This document shows, one piece after another, positions 8,929-17,292 of a stretch of 17,464 bases of DNA. The stretch lies in the IMG/VR virus record IMGVR_UViG_2778261165_000010; one strand, 5' to 3'. The position numbers were made by a program, and so were the translations under genes. The DNA comes from a virus (lineage: Duplodnaviria; Heunggongvirae; Uroviricota; Caudoviricetes). Numbering within the stretch: position 1 is the first letter of the stretch; every line of letters starts with the position of its first letter. The notes under the pieces were generated by a model. The model was not told the origin of the DNA. It searched no databases and saw nothing but the letters and a program-made list of their open reading frames with translations.

Positions 8929-10315
8929 TGATTTCCATCAGCATTACACTCTGATTTTTTAATTCATCGATCACTTCCTCTGGACGGGAATCCTGATCGA
9001 TAAATTTCAACGCCTGCAACACCCGAACCGCATCAATCTGACGTATATCACCGCCCTGACGCAATGACTGAACAGCCAGCGCGGAGGATGAGTCAAACAC
9101 CTGGGCAGATACATCCAGTTCAGTGCGCACATCCACATTGCCACCGCAACTCTCTCCGATCCATTCCGCCATTATCTGGAGAATATTATCGAGGGCATCT
9201 TCGAGGGAGTTCGCCATTGTATAAAGCGGCGAGTTTTCCTGCATTCGCTCTTCATTAGTCTGATCAACAGATTTGGTGGATGTATTTTCAGCACGCAGAA
9301 GTTTAGCGCCGGCATGACGCATCTGATTTTCCAGCTTCTCAAGTGATGTTTCGCCAGATTCTATCGCTGCGCCACTATGTTCAACATATTCGAGGCCATT
9401 TTTTGTTCTGTCCTCAAAAATCGTAGCGGTGGATGCACCAACCGTCAGTTCTTCATTCCTGTCCAGCCCGTAGGCCACCAGCAATGGAACGCGGGTAACA
9501 TGAAGAATATTGTCCTGCTCGCTCTGGCTTTGCCAGTGCTTGATATTCAGCAAGCCAAGATTAAGCAATGGCGGTGTACCACGCATAAATCCTGTTTTCT
9601 TCGTGTACAGTGTTACCAGAGGAATATCATCACGGCTGGTATTCCATGACTCATGAAGCGTCCAGACAGATTCGCCATTAGTGCCTTCGCTACGTCGATA
9701 AATTTCAACTCGACGGGGCATAATATGGCGGATCTGCTCCACCTTCTTCTGCCCGAAATCATCACCATCAATAATGATGACCTCTTTTATACGCAAATCA
9801 GTGAGAACAACTTTCCCTTTTTCAACTTTCGATTTCCATCCAATAACCTGGCGTGGATTCAGCATCGTAACGTACGGACGACCACCGGTCGCGTTTTCAT
9901 CGGCTTTTGTACGAATCTCTTTCATATCCGTTCGTGGATAGTCCACCAGCGCATGTGCCACACCATACTGAAATGCGAGGCTGAAAAATTGCTGCGCCCA
10001 CACATCCAGTCGGCTCCCCTCCATGTCGATATTTTCTGCATATTCCCTGATTTTTGCCGGCGTTTCCTCACTCAATACTGTCGGCTCTGCAAATATGCGC
10101 CCAATATTTTGCTTGATGCTTTCTTCATACACAGGAAGTAGCGTAGCCACAGACAGGCGTTTTTTATAAGCGTCTTCATCTTCGTTAGGCCATTTTGGGA
10201 GATAATTTTCCCCCTGCCTGCGCATTTCAAGCGTACCGCCCATCAGTGCGTCGTTAATATCCCACGCCTCCAGCATATCGTTATAGTCGAGGTTGGGTGT
10301 TGATATATCAGCCAT
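8909..10315 (-). CDS. portal protein
   Basis: 468-aa ORF directly downstream of the terminase large subunit and overlapping the head morphogenesis gene; size and position are canonical. Confidence 0.8.
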   Translation of the reverse strand: MADISTPNLDYNDMLEAWDINDALMGGTLEMRRQGENYLPKWPNEDEDAYKKRLSVATLLPVYEESIKQNIGRIFAEPTVLSEETPAKIREYAENIDMEGSRLDVWAQQFFSLAFQYGVAHALVDYPRTDMKEIRTKADENATGGRPYVTMLNPRQVIGWKSKVEKGKVVLTDLRIKEVIIIDGDDFGQKKVEQIRHIMPRRVEIYRRSEGTNGESVWTLHESWNTSRDDIPLVTLYTKKTGFMRGTPPLLNLGLLNIKHWQSQSEQDNILHVTRVPLLVAYGLDRNEELTVGASTATIFEDRTKNGLEYVEHSGAAIESGETSLEKLENQMRHAGAKLLRAENTSTKSVDQTNEERMQENSPLYTMANSLEDALDNILQIMAEWIGESCGGNVDVRTELDVSAQVFDSSSALAVQSLRQGGDIRQIDAVRVLQALKFIDQDSRPEEVIDELKNQSVMLMEINDANRE

Positions 10316-10317
10316 AA

Positions 10318-11628
10318 TTAAATCCGAAGTGATGTGACTCTTCCGGTCGGTTTGACAATAGGGAATTGCTTAACGATGAAATAACCTCCGGCATCATTCG
10401 GGTGATCATTGCCAGATTTTTTATCAGGCTCCCCCTTCTCATCCCAGACCTGTTGCTCCAGAGATTCGGCATATAACGGGCAACGCTTCACATTAACTTT
10501 ATAGCGACGCTCACCATTGGCATTGCAGAACATTGCATTCATTGAGTTAACGCGATCTTTTACTGGCGGGTTCGAGCTGTTCACCACAACGTTAAAACCA
10601 GCCTGCTTAAGCTGGGCTATATCCGTCGTACTTGCGTTACTTGATTTTCTGGAATCCCCGGAAGCATCTGGATAAATATAAATTTCCCTCACTTTCCGGT
10701 AATCATTCCCATCATACAGCCAGAAGCGTTCTTTAATGATGCGGATCATATCCGGCGTATCGTAGGCATTGATGATTTCAGTTACCGCACATGGAAGCCC
10801 CAAACGCAGCACATGGACGATTCCCGCCATCTTTCCAACGTTAAAATCCATCCCAATATAAATCGGCTCCCCTGGCTGCTCCACTTCTTCGCAATTATTC
10901 AGTTTCCGGTCAAACTGATGGTAAACAGTACCACTTGTCAGGTTAGTAAACTGTCCTCGAAGATAGGCTTTAATCAGCTCTGGAGGGTATGATTCAAGAA
11001 GCGAAGGAATGTAATCTGCTGGCAGGTTCTTTTCATTATCGAAAGTAGATGCCTGCACCAGACCATACAGTGAGGCCAGCTCTGTTTTTTCACGCACGGC
11101 TTTAACAAACTGCTCGTAGACAAATTTGAATCCTTCCGGCGTGGTTGTAACGTCAATACCGTTGCGAAGTCCATCAATCTTATAACGCATACGTGCAATT
11201 ATCTTGCGCCACGCCGTTCTGGCTTTTTCCTTCGGCAAAATGTCCAGTTCATCCACCAACGCATTACCAATTTTGAAACCGACGATCGTTTGTGGCTTCT
11301 CCATCGATCTGCAGATAGTGGTTCCCCGATACTGGCGTCCGTAATAAAAGTGAACCTCTTTATTTCCCTCATTAATTTTTACGTTCAATCCCCAGTCAGC
11401 AGCAACTTCTTCCACTGTAGGGTAAAAAATATCGCGAATTTGGGGATACGTTGGCGCAAAATATCCCTGATTTATACCTGGATGCTCCCAAATCCCCTTG
11501 CATATGCCGCCACACCCAACCCATGTTTTGCCCGAGCCAAAACCAGCAATATAGGCTTTAAATTTATGGGGCATTGAAAGAAATCGCGCCTGAGGCACAT
11601 TAAGCGTCGGAGAGATCATCTTCATCAC
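10318..11628 (-). CDS. terminase large subunit
   Basis: N-terminal Walker A-like GFGSGKT; acidic nuclease-type motifs in the C-terminal half; lies between the small terminase and portal genes. Start may be one of the Met codons at 11628, 11625 or 11619. Confidence 0.9.
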   Translation of the reverse strand: MMKMISPTLNVPQARFLSMPHKFKAYIAGFGSGKTWVGCGGICKGIWEHPGINQGYFAPTYPQIRDIFYPTVEEVAADWGLNVKINEGNKEVHFYYGRQYRGTTICRSMEKPQTIVGFKIGNALVDELDILPKEKARTAWRKIIARMRYKIDGLRNGIDVTTTPEGFKFVYEQFVKAVREKTELASLYGLVQASTFDNEKNLPADYIPSLLESYPPELIKAYLRGQFTNLTSGTVYHQFDRKLNNCEEVEQPGEPIYIGMDFNVGKMAGIVHVLRLGLPCAVTEIINAYDTPDMIRIIKERFWLYDGNDYRKVREIYIYPDASGDSRKSSNASTTDIAQLKQAGFNVVVNSSNPPVKDRVNSMNAMFCNANGERRYKVNVKRCPLYAESLEQQVWDEKGEPDKKSGNDHPNDAGGYFIVKQFPIVKPTGRVTSLRI

Positions 11629-12694
11629 TCCTTACTCTGGCATCAACCACATTAATATTGATCGCCACAGGCTGGGGATGTTCATTATCTTCCACCGTTT
11701 CGATCTCTTTGCGCAGCTTCTGGTTTTCCATTCTGCGCCGTTCAATTTCCAGTTCCTGTAGCCGTTTATCTGCACATAAAGCCCCGCCAGCAGAAAACAA
11801 ACGCAACAATTCACGCCGGGCGGCAGCCTTATCCTCCAGCAGGATCTCAACGCCGAATTTTCCGAATTTTGCCCCTGCATATAATTGCCGCGCATCCCCA
11901 TCAAGCAGAGTGGTATCAGCCATATAAAGCTGTCCCGTTCCCTCACCGCAGCACTTCGGGCAGTCCGGATTGGGTATGGCGTTATCAACAAAGCCGAGGC
12001 CTCCATATTCCGGTTCGGGTTTGCCATCTCTGGAAGCCTGCGCCGCTGCCTTGTCGAATTCTGCTATATCGCGCCACTGGTAGAGATGATTCTCGCCCCA
12101 GCAATAACGGCAGTTAACACGGCGAAATTGTGCAAGCTGATTGGGGTCGGCCAGGACAATAGCCATCAACTGACTCACTAGTAAATCCAGGTCTGCGGTA
12201 TAGCGTTTCTGGTACTGATTGCGGAAGTAGCTGATAGCGCGAAAAACCCTGGCATTTCTAAGCATACGACTGGCGTTGCTGTTAGCTGTCGCACCTTGCC
12301 CCTCATAACCGGCTAGTCGGTACGCCTCTGTCGGCTTTTTACCCTGAGCAACAAGCATCGCAAACTTAGCCTGCTGGTCAGAAATGCCGAATTCATCGGG
12401 ACAGAACGAAAATTCCTCCGCGTCGCCCTCATTCAGGCCCGCATCGAATACTGGCTTTTTTTCCTGAGATTTTTCGTTCCGCTTTTGTGCAGTCTGCGCA
12501 GATTTTTTCTGCGCACTTTTTTGCGCAGTTTTGCACATTTCTGTCTGCGCATTTTTCGGAGTTTTTTTGATGTAACGACGGGCTGTTGCGTAATTCAGTC
12601 CCCTTGCTTCACACCATGCCACCGGAGATATACCGGAGCGGGTGTATTCAGCAATATACTCCTGCTGCAACGCCCCCCAGTCCGGTCTGCTCAT
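11600..12694 (-). CDS. terminase small subunit (HTH, Terminase_2-like core, C-terminal 4-Cys ribbon)
   Basis: ATG at 12694 with AGGA ribosome-binding site. N-terminal HTH (ISPVAWCEARGLNYATARRYIKK); low-complexity KTAQKSAQKKSAQTAQKR linker; core FAMLVAQGKKPTEAYRLAGYEGQGATANSNASRMLRNARV typical of small terminases; CRYC...CPKCC cysteine cluster. Confidence 0.8.
   Translation of the reverse strand: MSRPDWGALQQEYIAEYTRSGISPVAWCEARGLNYATARRYIKKTPKNAQTEMCKTAQKSAQKKSAQTAQKRNEKSQEKKPVFDAGLNEGDAEEFSFCPDEFGISDQQAKFAMLVAQGKKPTEAYRLAGYEGQGATANSNASRMLRNARVFRAISYFRNQYQKRYTADLDLLVSQLMAIVLADPNQLAQFRRVNCRYCWGENHLYQWRDIAEFDKAAAQASRDGKPEPEYGGLGFVDNAIPNPDCPKCCGEGTGQLYMADTTLLDGDARQLYAGAKFGKFGVEILLEDKAAARRELLRLFSAGGALCADKRLQELEIERRRMENQKLRKEIETVEDNEHPQPVAININVVDARVRSDEDDLSDA
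12495..12551 (-). repeat. array of five TGCGCA/TGCACA motifs separated by T-tracts inside the 5' part of the small terminase gene
   Basis: Plus-strand motifs at 12495, 12510, 12522, 12532 and 12546, each followed by T4-6 runs; spacing 10-15 bp. Confidence 0.6.
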
Positions 12695-12697
12695 CAG

Positions 12698-12949
12698 TTA
12701 GTCCTGATTTTTATCCACCCTGAGTAGTTCGCGCAGAGCAAAGGCATCCCCTTTTCTGGCAAGCTTAAACAATGCCGCTCGTAACTCGGCTTCACCTTTC
12801 GCTCTGCCCTTACGGATGGCCGCATAAAAATCTGTCATTGCTTCCCGATTTTCTTTCAGTCGGTTCAGATCAACATCCAGAACGTCAGCGATTTGTTGTG
12901 CAGTCATCCGGCACGCTGCCAGAGACTCGACTTTCGAATACGGAATCAT
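12698..12949 (-). CDS. small hypothetical protein (83 aa), possible HTH DNA-binding protein
   Basis: ATG at 12949 with GGGGGTGA upstream; stop 3 nt before the small terminase ATG. Contains MTAQQIADVLDVDLNRL, which looks HTH-like. Overlaps the 3' end of the upstream gene by 65 nt. Confidence 0.5.
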   Translation of the reverse strand: MIPYSKVESLAACRMTAQQIADVLDVDLNRLKENREAMTDFYAAIRKGRAKGEAELRAALFKLARKGDAFALRELLRVDKNQD

Positions 12950-13817
12950 TTGTCACCCCCATTGATATGCAGGGTGTCTTCTTCCTGTATTTTTCGTGAA
13001 GGATTTTTACTGCAGCGTTGTTCCAGGTGACCTGATGGTGAATGCGTTTATGGCTGGCACCCATCAGTGAGATTTTTACGCACGACGGCGCATACATGAC
13101 GGAGTAAAAACTTTTAACGTAGGTTCCGGAATCCAGATACAGCTCGGTCATTCCGCCGCTGTTTTTCTGCGTCTGTTTCTGCCCTAACTGGACAGCACCG
13201 ATCGTCATAAACAATTCACCACAGCGACCGAGATTCGTGTACGTATTCACATCCTCGTTAATGCGCCCCATGAATGAGAACGGTCGATCAACCGAACAGA
13301 TAAAGCTGTTCATTGCCTTGCGTTTCACCCACGAAGCATGGCCGCCATTGTCACCAAGAAAATCCCCGCCCTGCGACATAGCGATGGAAAGAGCAGGTAT
13401 TGATTCGTAGTACGCCAGCATTTCAGAAAGGATCGCATCCAGTTTCCTTATCGGAAAATAGGCCTGGTCATAGTTGCGATCCACCCGAAACTGGAACTCG
13501 TGATAATCATCATCGAGCTGAATGAAGTATTTACACCCGACCAGTTTTGCCAGGTCGAAACAGGCATTACGGGCGTAAAAAATTGAGCGGCGGTCACAGA
13601 AATTATCGGCTTCGTCAAAACGACTGGCGATATCGGCTTTGGAAAACACCAGCACCTGTTCACCAAATTCAGCCATGTACTGATTTCGTGTCTTATCTTC
13701 ATCATCAACAACGATAAAAATTTTCCCGGTATAGCCAGCACGACGCAACGTCCGGTAAGTCAGAACTTTGTCCGGTCGCCCGTGAGTCAGAATAAAGGCG
13801 CAAAAATCATCACGCAT
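12885..13817 (-). CDS. hypothetical protein with GT-A-like glycosyltransferase features
   Basis: ATG at 13817 directly after a GGAGGAGGAGG ribosome-binding site, overlapping the upstream stop by 8 nt. N-terminus CAFILTHGRPDKVLTYRTLRRAGYTGKIFIVVDDED resembles the GT-A beta1-alpha1-beta2 'VVDDxx' pattern. A DxD-like IQLDDDYHE lies about 90 residues further on. No transmembrane segments. Confidence 0.45.
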   Translation of the reverse strand: MRDDFCAFILTHGRPDKVLTYRTLRRAGYTGKIFIVVDDEDKTRNQYMAEFGEQVLVFSKADIASRFDEADNFCDRRSIFYARNACFDLAKLVGCKYFIQLDDDYHEFQFRVDRNYDQAYFPIRKLDAILSEMLAYYESIPALSIAMSQGGDFLGDNGGHASWVKRKAMNSFICSVDRPFSFMGRINEDVNTYTNLGRCGELFMTIGAVQLGQKQTQKNSGGMTELYLDSGTYVKSFYSVMYAPSCVKISLMGASHKRIHHQVTWNNAAVKILHEKYRKKTPCISMGVTNDSVFESRVSGSVPDDCTTNR

Positions 13818-14601
13818 ATTCCTCCTCCTCACCACCATGCATGATCTCCACCATGCGCTGCGTCATCCGGACAAATCCATTTTCAATAGCCTGCTGATAA
13901 TCAATGATCACCAGCGCCGACTCCTCGAAAAAACACTGAATTTCAGAGGGGGCGTGAGCGTAATAGTCCGCAATTCTGCTGAAATTAAACACCGTGTGAC
14001 GTTCTGCCGCACACAGGAGGAATTTCTCAATATCAGGCTCAAGGGACGCCGAACGTATCCGGCTGATCAGCTCCTGAGTTTTCGTATCGTCGTACAGTTC
14101 ACTGATATCCGGTTTACCGCCCGACGGCTCATAAACAGGCGTATCAATTTTCGTCGTATACGGCTCCTCCTCATTTCCTGTACCGGGCAAAACATCCGTC
14201 AACAGTTCATCAATTTCTGTCGGGATGAAGCCTGTCAGGGAGACATCAAAATCAGCATTGATTAGGTCCGACAGCTCCATCCGCAACAGATCTTCATCCC
14301 AGCCAGCATTCATCGGCAGGCGATTATCTGCCAGGCGGTACGCCTTTTTCTGCTCATCCGTCAGGCCAGACAGAACAATGACCGGAACAGAATCCATTTT
14401 GAGCATTTCAGCCGCCATAACACGACCGTGACCCGCAATAATTTCGCCCTTTTCGTCAATCAGCACCGGATTAGTCCAGCCGAATTGCTTAATACTTTCT
14501 ACCAGTTGTGCCACCTGCTCAGGGCTGTGCGTCCTGGCGTTGTGCGCATACGGTGACAATTCTTGTAATGGGCGATAGACTATCTTTAATTTCTCGCTCA
14601 T
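13810..14601 (-). CDS. ParB N-terminal domain (ParB/Srx-like) protein
   Basis: ATG at 14601 with AAGG upstream. N-terminal KLKIVYRPLQELSPYAHNARTHSPEQVAQLVESIKQFGWTNPVLIDEKGEIIAGHGRVMAA matches the ParB/sulfiredoxin fold, with GHGR in place of the GERR arginine patch. C-terminal 170 aa unassigned; acidic tail GGEEEEYA. Confidence 0.7.
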   Translation of the reverse strand: MSEKLKIVYRPLQELSPYAHNARTHSPEQVAQLVESIKQFGWTNPVLIDEKGEIIAGHGRVMAAEMLKMDSVPVIVLSGLTDEQKKAYRLADNRLPMNAGWDEDLLRMELSDLINADFDVSLTGFIPTEIDELLTDVLPGTGNEEEPYTTKIDTPVYEPSGGKPDISELYDDTKTQELISRIRSASLEPDIEKFLLCAAERHTVFNFSRIADYYAHAPSEIQCFFEESALVIIDYQQAIENGFVRMTQRMVEIMHGGEEEEYA

Positions 14602-14617
14602 ACAGCCTTGCTTTATG

Positions 14618-14652
14618 AATAAAACGCACCCCAGCAGCCAGTGCTACTGGGG
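14618..14652 (-). terminator. intrinsic terminator downstream of trkG
   Basis: On the minus strand: CCCCAGTAG-CACTGG-CTGCTGGGG hairpin (plus 14629..14652) followed by TGCGTTTTATTC, about 85 nt after the trkG stop and 17 nt before the ParB-like start. Confidence 0.6.
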
Positions 14653-14738
14653 ACGGAGGGGTTGCTGGTAAAGTTAGGTATTGGATCAATGAGTGAGTCA
14701 ACATAATATTAAACTCACAATTATAAATCAGCCATATA

Positions 14739-16214
14739 TTAGGAGCGCCAAAAAAAACCTGAAAACAATATAATAACAGGATAAATTTCAAGGCGACCAA
14801 GAATCATAGCTATGCACATTAAACATTTTGCAATGTCATTAAGCACTCCGAATGACGATGCAGTAGCCCCAAAACCTAATCCCATATTATTAATACATGC
14901 AGCCACTGTTGCAAATGATGTAAGAAAATCATATCCCATACCATTTAACACCAGTATAAAAAACACCGTGAAGAGAGTATAAAGAAAAAAGAAACTCCAT
15001 ACAGACCTCATTACACGATCTGTAACTATCTTCCCTCCTACATTTACACTCAACAACGCTCTGGGATGAGAAAGCTGATTTATCTCGTGTTTGCTTTGTT
15101 TGAAAAGTATAAGAAATCGAAGTGACTTAATTCCACCACAAGTTGAACCTATACATCCCCCAAAGAAACTTGACAACAGCAAAAACACTATCGTGTGCGT
15201 GGGCCAACTTGCATAATCCTGCGTAGCTAAACCATTATCAGTGAGCATGGAGCTGGCAAGAAAAAACGAATGAATAAAACTTCCATGCAAGTCATACATA
15301 CCTATATGCCAGACCTGGAAAGAGGTAACAATGATCACCCCTAAGGCTATTAACAGAAAGAAACGAAGTTCAATATCTCTGATTAAAGGTTTTATCGTTT
15401 TCCTGCTAATAACAATATACCAAAGAGTGAAGTTGAAAGCCGATAGCAGGGAAAAAGAACCAGCCACCAGCTCAACCAAATAGTTATTAAAATATCCGAT
15501 ACTCTCGCTATGAGTTGAGAAACCACCAAGCGAAACTGTGGAAATCCCGTGACAAATAGCATCAAACAAAGGCATTCCTGCAAGTCTATAACAGACAATA
15601 CAAGCAATACCTAATAAAGAATAAGTTATCCACAGTGTCCGTGACGTATCGGCCAGGCGGGGAGTGAGTTTGTCATCCTTAAATGGCCCCGGCATTTCTG
15701 ACTGATAAAGCTTTGCACCACCAATACCCAATAATGGCAATACAGCAACCGCCAGAACAATAACTCCTAAACCACCTATAAAATTTAACTGTGACCGATA
15801 GTACAAATATGCCCGAGGTAATGAACTAACATCATCAATTACAGTTGCTCCTGTTGTTGTTATTCCAGAAACCCCTTCAAACAGAGCATCAATGAACGTT
15901 AAATTAAGTTCTGAGTCAATCCATAAAGGGAATGCACTAATAACAGAAAACAAAATCCAAAACATTACAATTATAATAAACCCATCACGGGTACGTAATT
16001 GAATGCCAGATTTCTTAGTTGTATACCACGCTCCGCCACCAATGCAAAAAAATATAACGAAAGTTATAAAGAAAACGAACAGGCTTTTTTCTTTATAAAA
16101 CAATGCTACAACCATTGGTGGCAACATTGAAAGACTATAGAGCCAAACCAGGAACCCACACATATGAGTAACAACTCTTACATGAGATGTATTCATATCT
16201 AAATATTCTTTCAA
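14739..16214 (-). CDS. trkG: TrkH/TrkG-family potassium uptake membrane protein
   Basis: Polytopic membrane protein with repeated Gly-rich selectivity-filter-like segments (GVSGITTTGATV, IGGLGVIVLAV, STVSLGGFST, GSTCGGIK). From memory it matches E. coli TrkG, which is prophage-borne in K-12. Markedly AT-rich compared with its neighbours. The true start may be Met7 at 16196 (MNTSHVRVV..). Confidence 0.88.
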   Translation of the reverse strand: MKEYLDMNTSHVRVVTHMCGFLVWLYSLSMLPPMVVALFYKEKSLFVFFITFVIFFCIGGGAWYTTKKSGIQLRTRDGFIIIVMFWILFSVISAFPLWIDSELNLTFIDALFEGVSGITTTGATVIDDVSSLPRAYLYYRSQLNFIGGLGVIVLAVAVLPLLGIGGAKLYQSEMPGPFKDDKLTPRLADTSRTLWITYSLLGIACIVCYRLAGMPLFDAICHGISTVSLGGFSTHSESIGYFNNYLVELVAGSFSLLSAFNFTLWYIVISRKTIKPLIRDIELRFFLLIALGVIIVTSFQVWHIGMYDLHGSFIHSFFLASSMLTDNGLATQDYASWPTHTIVFLLLSSFFGGCIGSTCGGIKSLRFLILFKQSKHEINQLSHPRALLSVNVGGKIVTDRVMRSVWSFFFLYTLFTVFFILVLNGMGYDFLTSFATVAACINNMGLGFGATASSFGVLNDIAKCLMCIAMILGRLEIYPVIILFSGFFWRS

Positions 16215-16333
16215 TTATAACCACCTTGCTGCAATATTATGATTATACTGTATAAAATTTAACTCCTCTTAGATCTTACTTCACTGTTCCTTATGAAACA
16301 ATCATCAAAATGAATCATATTGTAGTTAAGATT

Positions 16334-16798
16334 TTACTTTAAACACTGCTCGGTTATGTATTGCTGAGCACCTTCAAGTTGGGCCTGCATCATTACCAGT
16401 CGTTCCCGGAGGGTGAAATAATCCCGTTCAGCGGTGTCTGCCAGTCGGGGGGAGGCTGCATTATCCACGCCGGAGGCGGTGGTGGCTTCACGCACTGACT
16501 GACAGACTGCTTTGATGTGCAACCGACGACGACCAACGGCAACATCATCACGCAGAACATCATTTTCAGCTTTCGCATCAGCTAACTCCTTCGTGTATTT
16601 TGCATCGAGCGCAGCAACATCACGCTGACGCATCTGCATGTCAGTAATTGCCGCGTTCGCCAGCTTCAGTTCTCTGGCATTTTTGTCGCGCTGTTCTTTG
16701 TAGGCGATGGCGTTATCACGGTAATGATTAACACCCCATGACAGGCAGACGACGATGCAGATAACCAGAGCGGAGATAATCGCGGTTACTCTGTTCAT
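16334..16798 (-). CDS. Rz i-spanin
   Basis: ATG at 16798 overlaps the endolysin stop as ATGA. N-terminal transmembrane segment ([18 protein letters not shown]) followed by a coiled-coil periplasmic domain. The track ORF starts 4 codons upstream. Confidence 0.85.
   Translation of the reverse strand: MNRVTAIISALVICIVVCLSWGVNHYRDNAIAYKEQRDKNARELKLANAAITDMQMRQRDVAALDAKYTKELADAKAENDVLRDDVAVGRRRLHIKAVCQSVREATTASGVDNAASPRLADTAERDYFTLRERLVMMQAQLEGAQQYITEQCLK
16393..16578 (-). CDS. Rz1 o-spanin lipoprotein, embedded in Rz in the +1 frame
   Basis: [20 protein letters not shown]: signal peptide with lipobox and Cys, then a proline-rich mature region ([18 protein letters not shown]). Entirely inside the Rz gene in a different frame. 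Confidence 0.85.
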   Translation of the reverse strand: MRKLKMMFCVMMLPLVVVGCTSKQSVSQCVKPPPPPAWIMQPPPDWQTPLNGIISPSGNDW

Positions 16799-17292
16799 TG
16801 CTGACCCCACAAACAGATTTCACGCTCAATCTCACGACGAGTCATGAGACCTTTCCATTGCTTACCGCCAGCATATGTCCAGCGACGTAGCTGATCACAT
16901 GCGCCTTTGATATCGCCCTGGTTTATTTTGCGAAGAAGCGTCGATGTTCTGAAATTGCCAGCACCCACGTTGTAAACGAATGAGTAAAGAGCGCCGCGCG
17001 TTGTTTCCGGTATATCGACTTTGATGTACGGGTTAATTTGTCTGGCGACCGTGGCAAGGTCTTTATTCAGGAGGGCTTTGCATTCTGCTTTGGTATACGT
17101 TTTACCGAGCATGATGTCTTTTCCTGTATGCCCGTGACATACAGTCCATACACCAACAATATCTTTGTATGGTATGTAGCTGACACCTTCCAGACCATCG
17201 TTACCACTTGGGCCAGTGATTAACACTGATGCTATAGCAATTGCTCCGCCACCAATAGCAGCAGCAACGACTTTTCGTAATGATGGAGGCAT
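16795..17292 (-). CDS. SAR endolysin (phage 21 R-type lysozyme)
   Basis: 165 aa with an N-terminal Gly/Ala-rich signal-anchor-release segment ([20 protein letters not shown]). From memory it is near-identical to E. coli cryptic-prophage lysozyme RrrD. ATG at 17292 with GAGAGGTGA ribosome-binding site. Confidence 0.9.
   Translation of the reverse strand: MPPSLRKVVAAAIGGGAIAIASVLITGPSGNDGLEGVSYIPYKDIVGVWTVCHGHTGKDIMLGKTYTKAECKALLNKDLATVARQINPYIKVDIPETTRGALYSFVYNVGAGNFRTSTLLRKINQGDIKGACDQLRRWTYAGGKQWKGLMTRREIEREICLWGQQ

Noticed and set aside
9943-9950. Single Chi site (GCTGGTGG on the minus strand)
   Set aside because: One occurrence in 17 kb is about what chance predicts for an 8-mer on two strands; not evidence of selection.
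12495-12551. TGCGCA repeat array as a CRISPR-like array
   Set aside because: Repeats are only 6 bp with T-tract spacers and lie inside a coding region; there are no 25-40-bp repeats with unique spacers anywhere in the window.
4315-15607. Minus-strand alternative-frame ORFs (4315..4602, 6263..6574, 7087..7317, 7372..7662, 10974..11198, 11632..12027, 13448..13741, 14519..14800, 15392..15607)
   Set aside because: They are embedded in other frames of longer genes with clear family signatures; no independent evidence of coding.
175-17223. All plus-strand ORFs in the track (for example 175..462, 1169..1516, 6893..7255, 9653..10141, 11885..12181, 13837..14265)
   Set aside because: Each lies entirely inside a well-supported minus-strand gene, lacks a convincing ribosome-binding site, and has low-complexity or odd composition typical of antisense frames.
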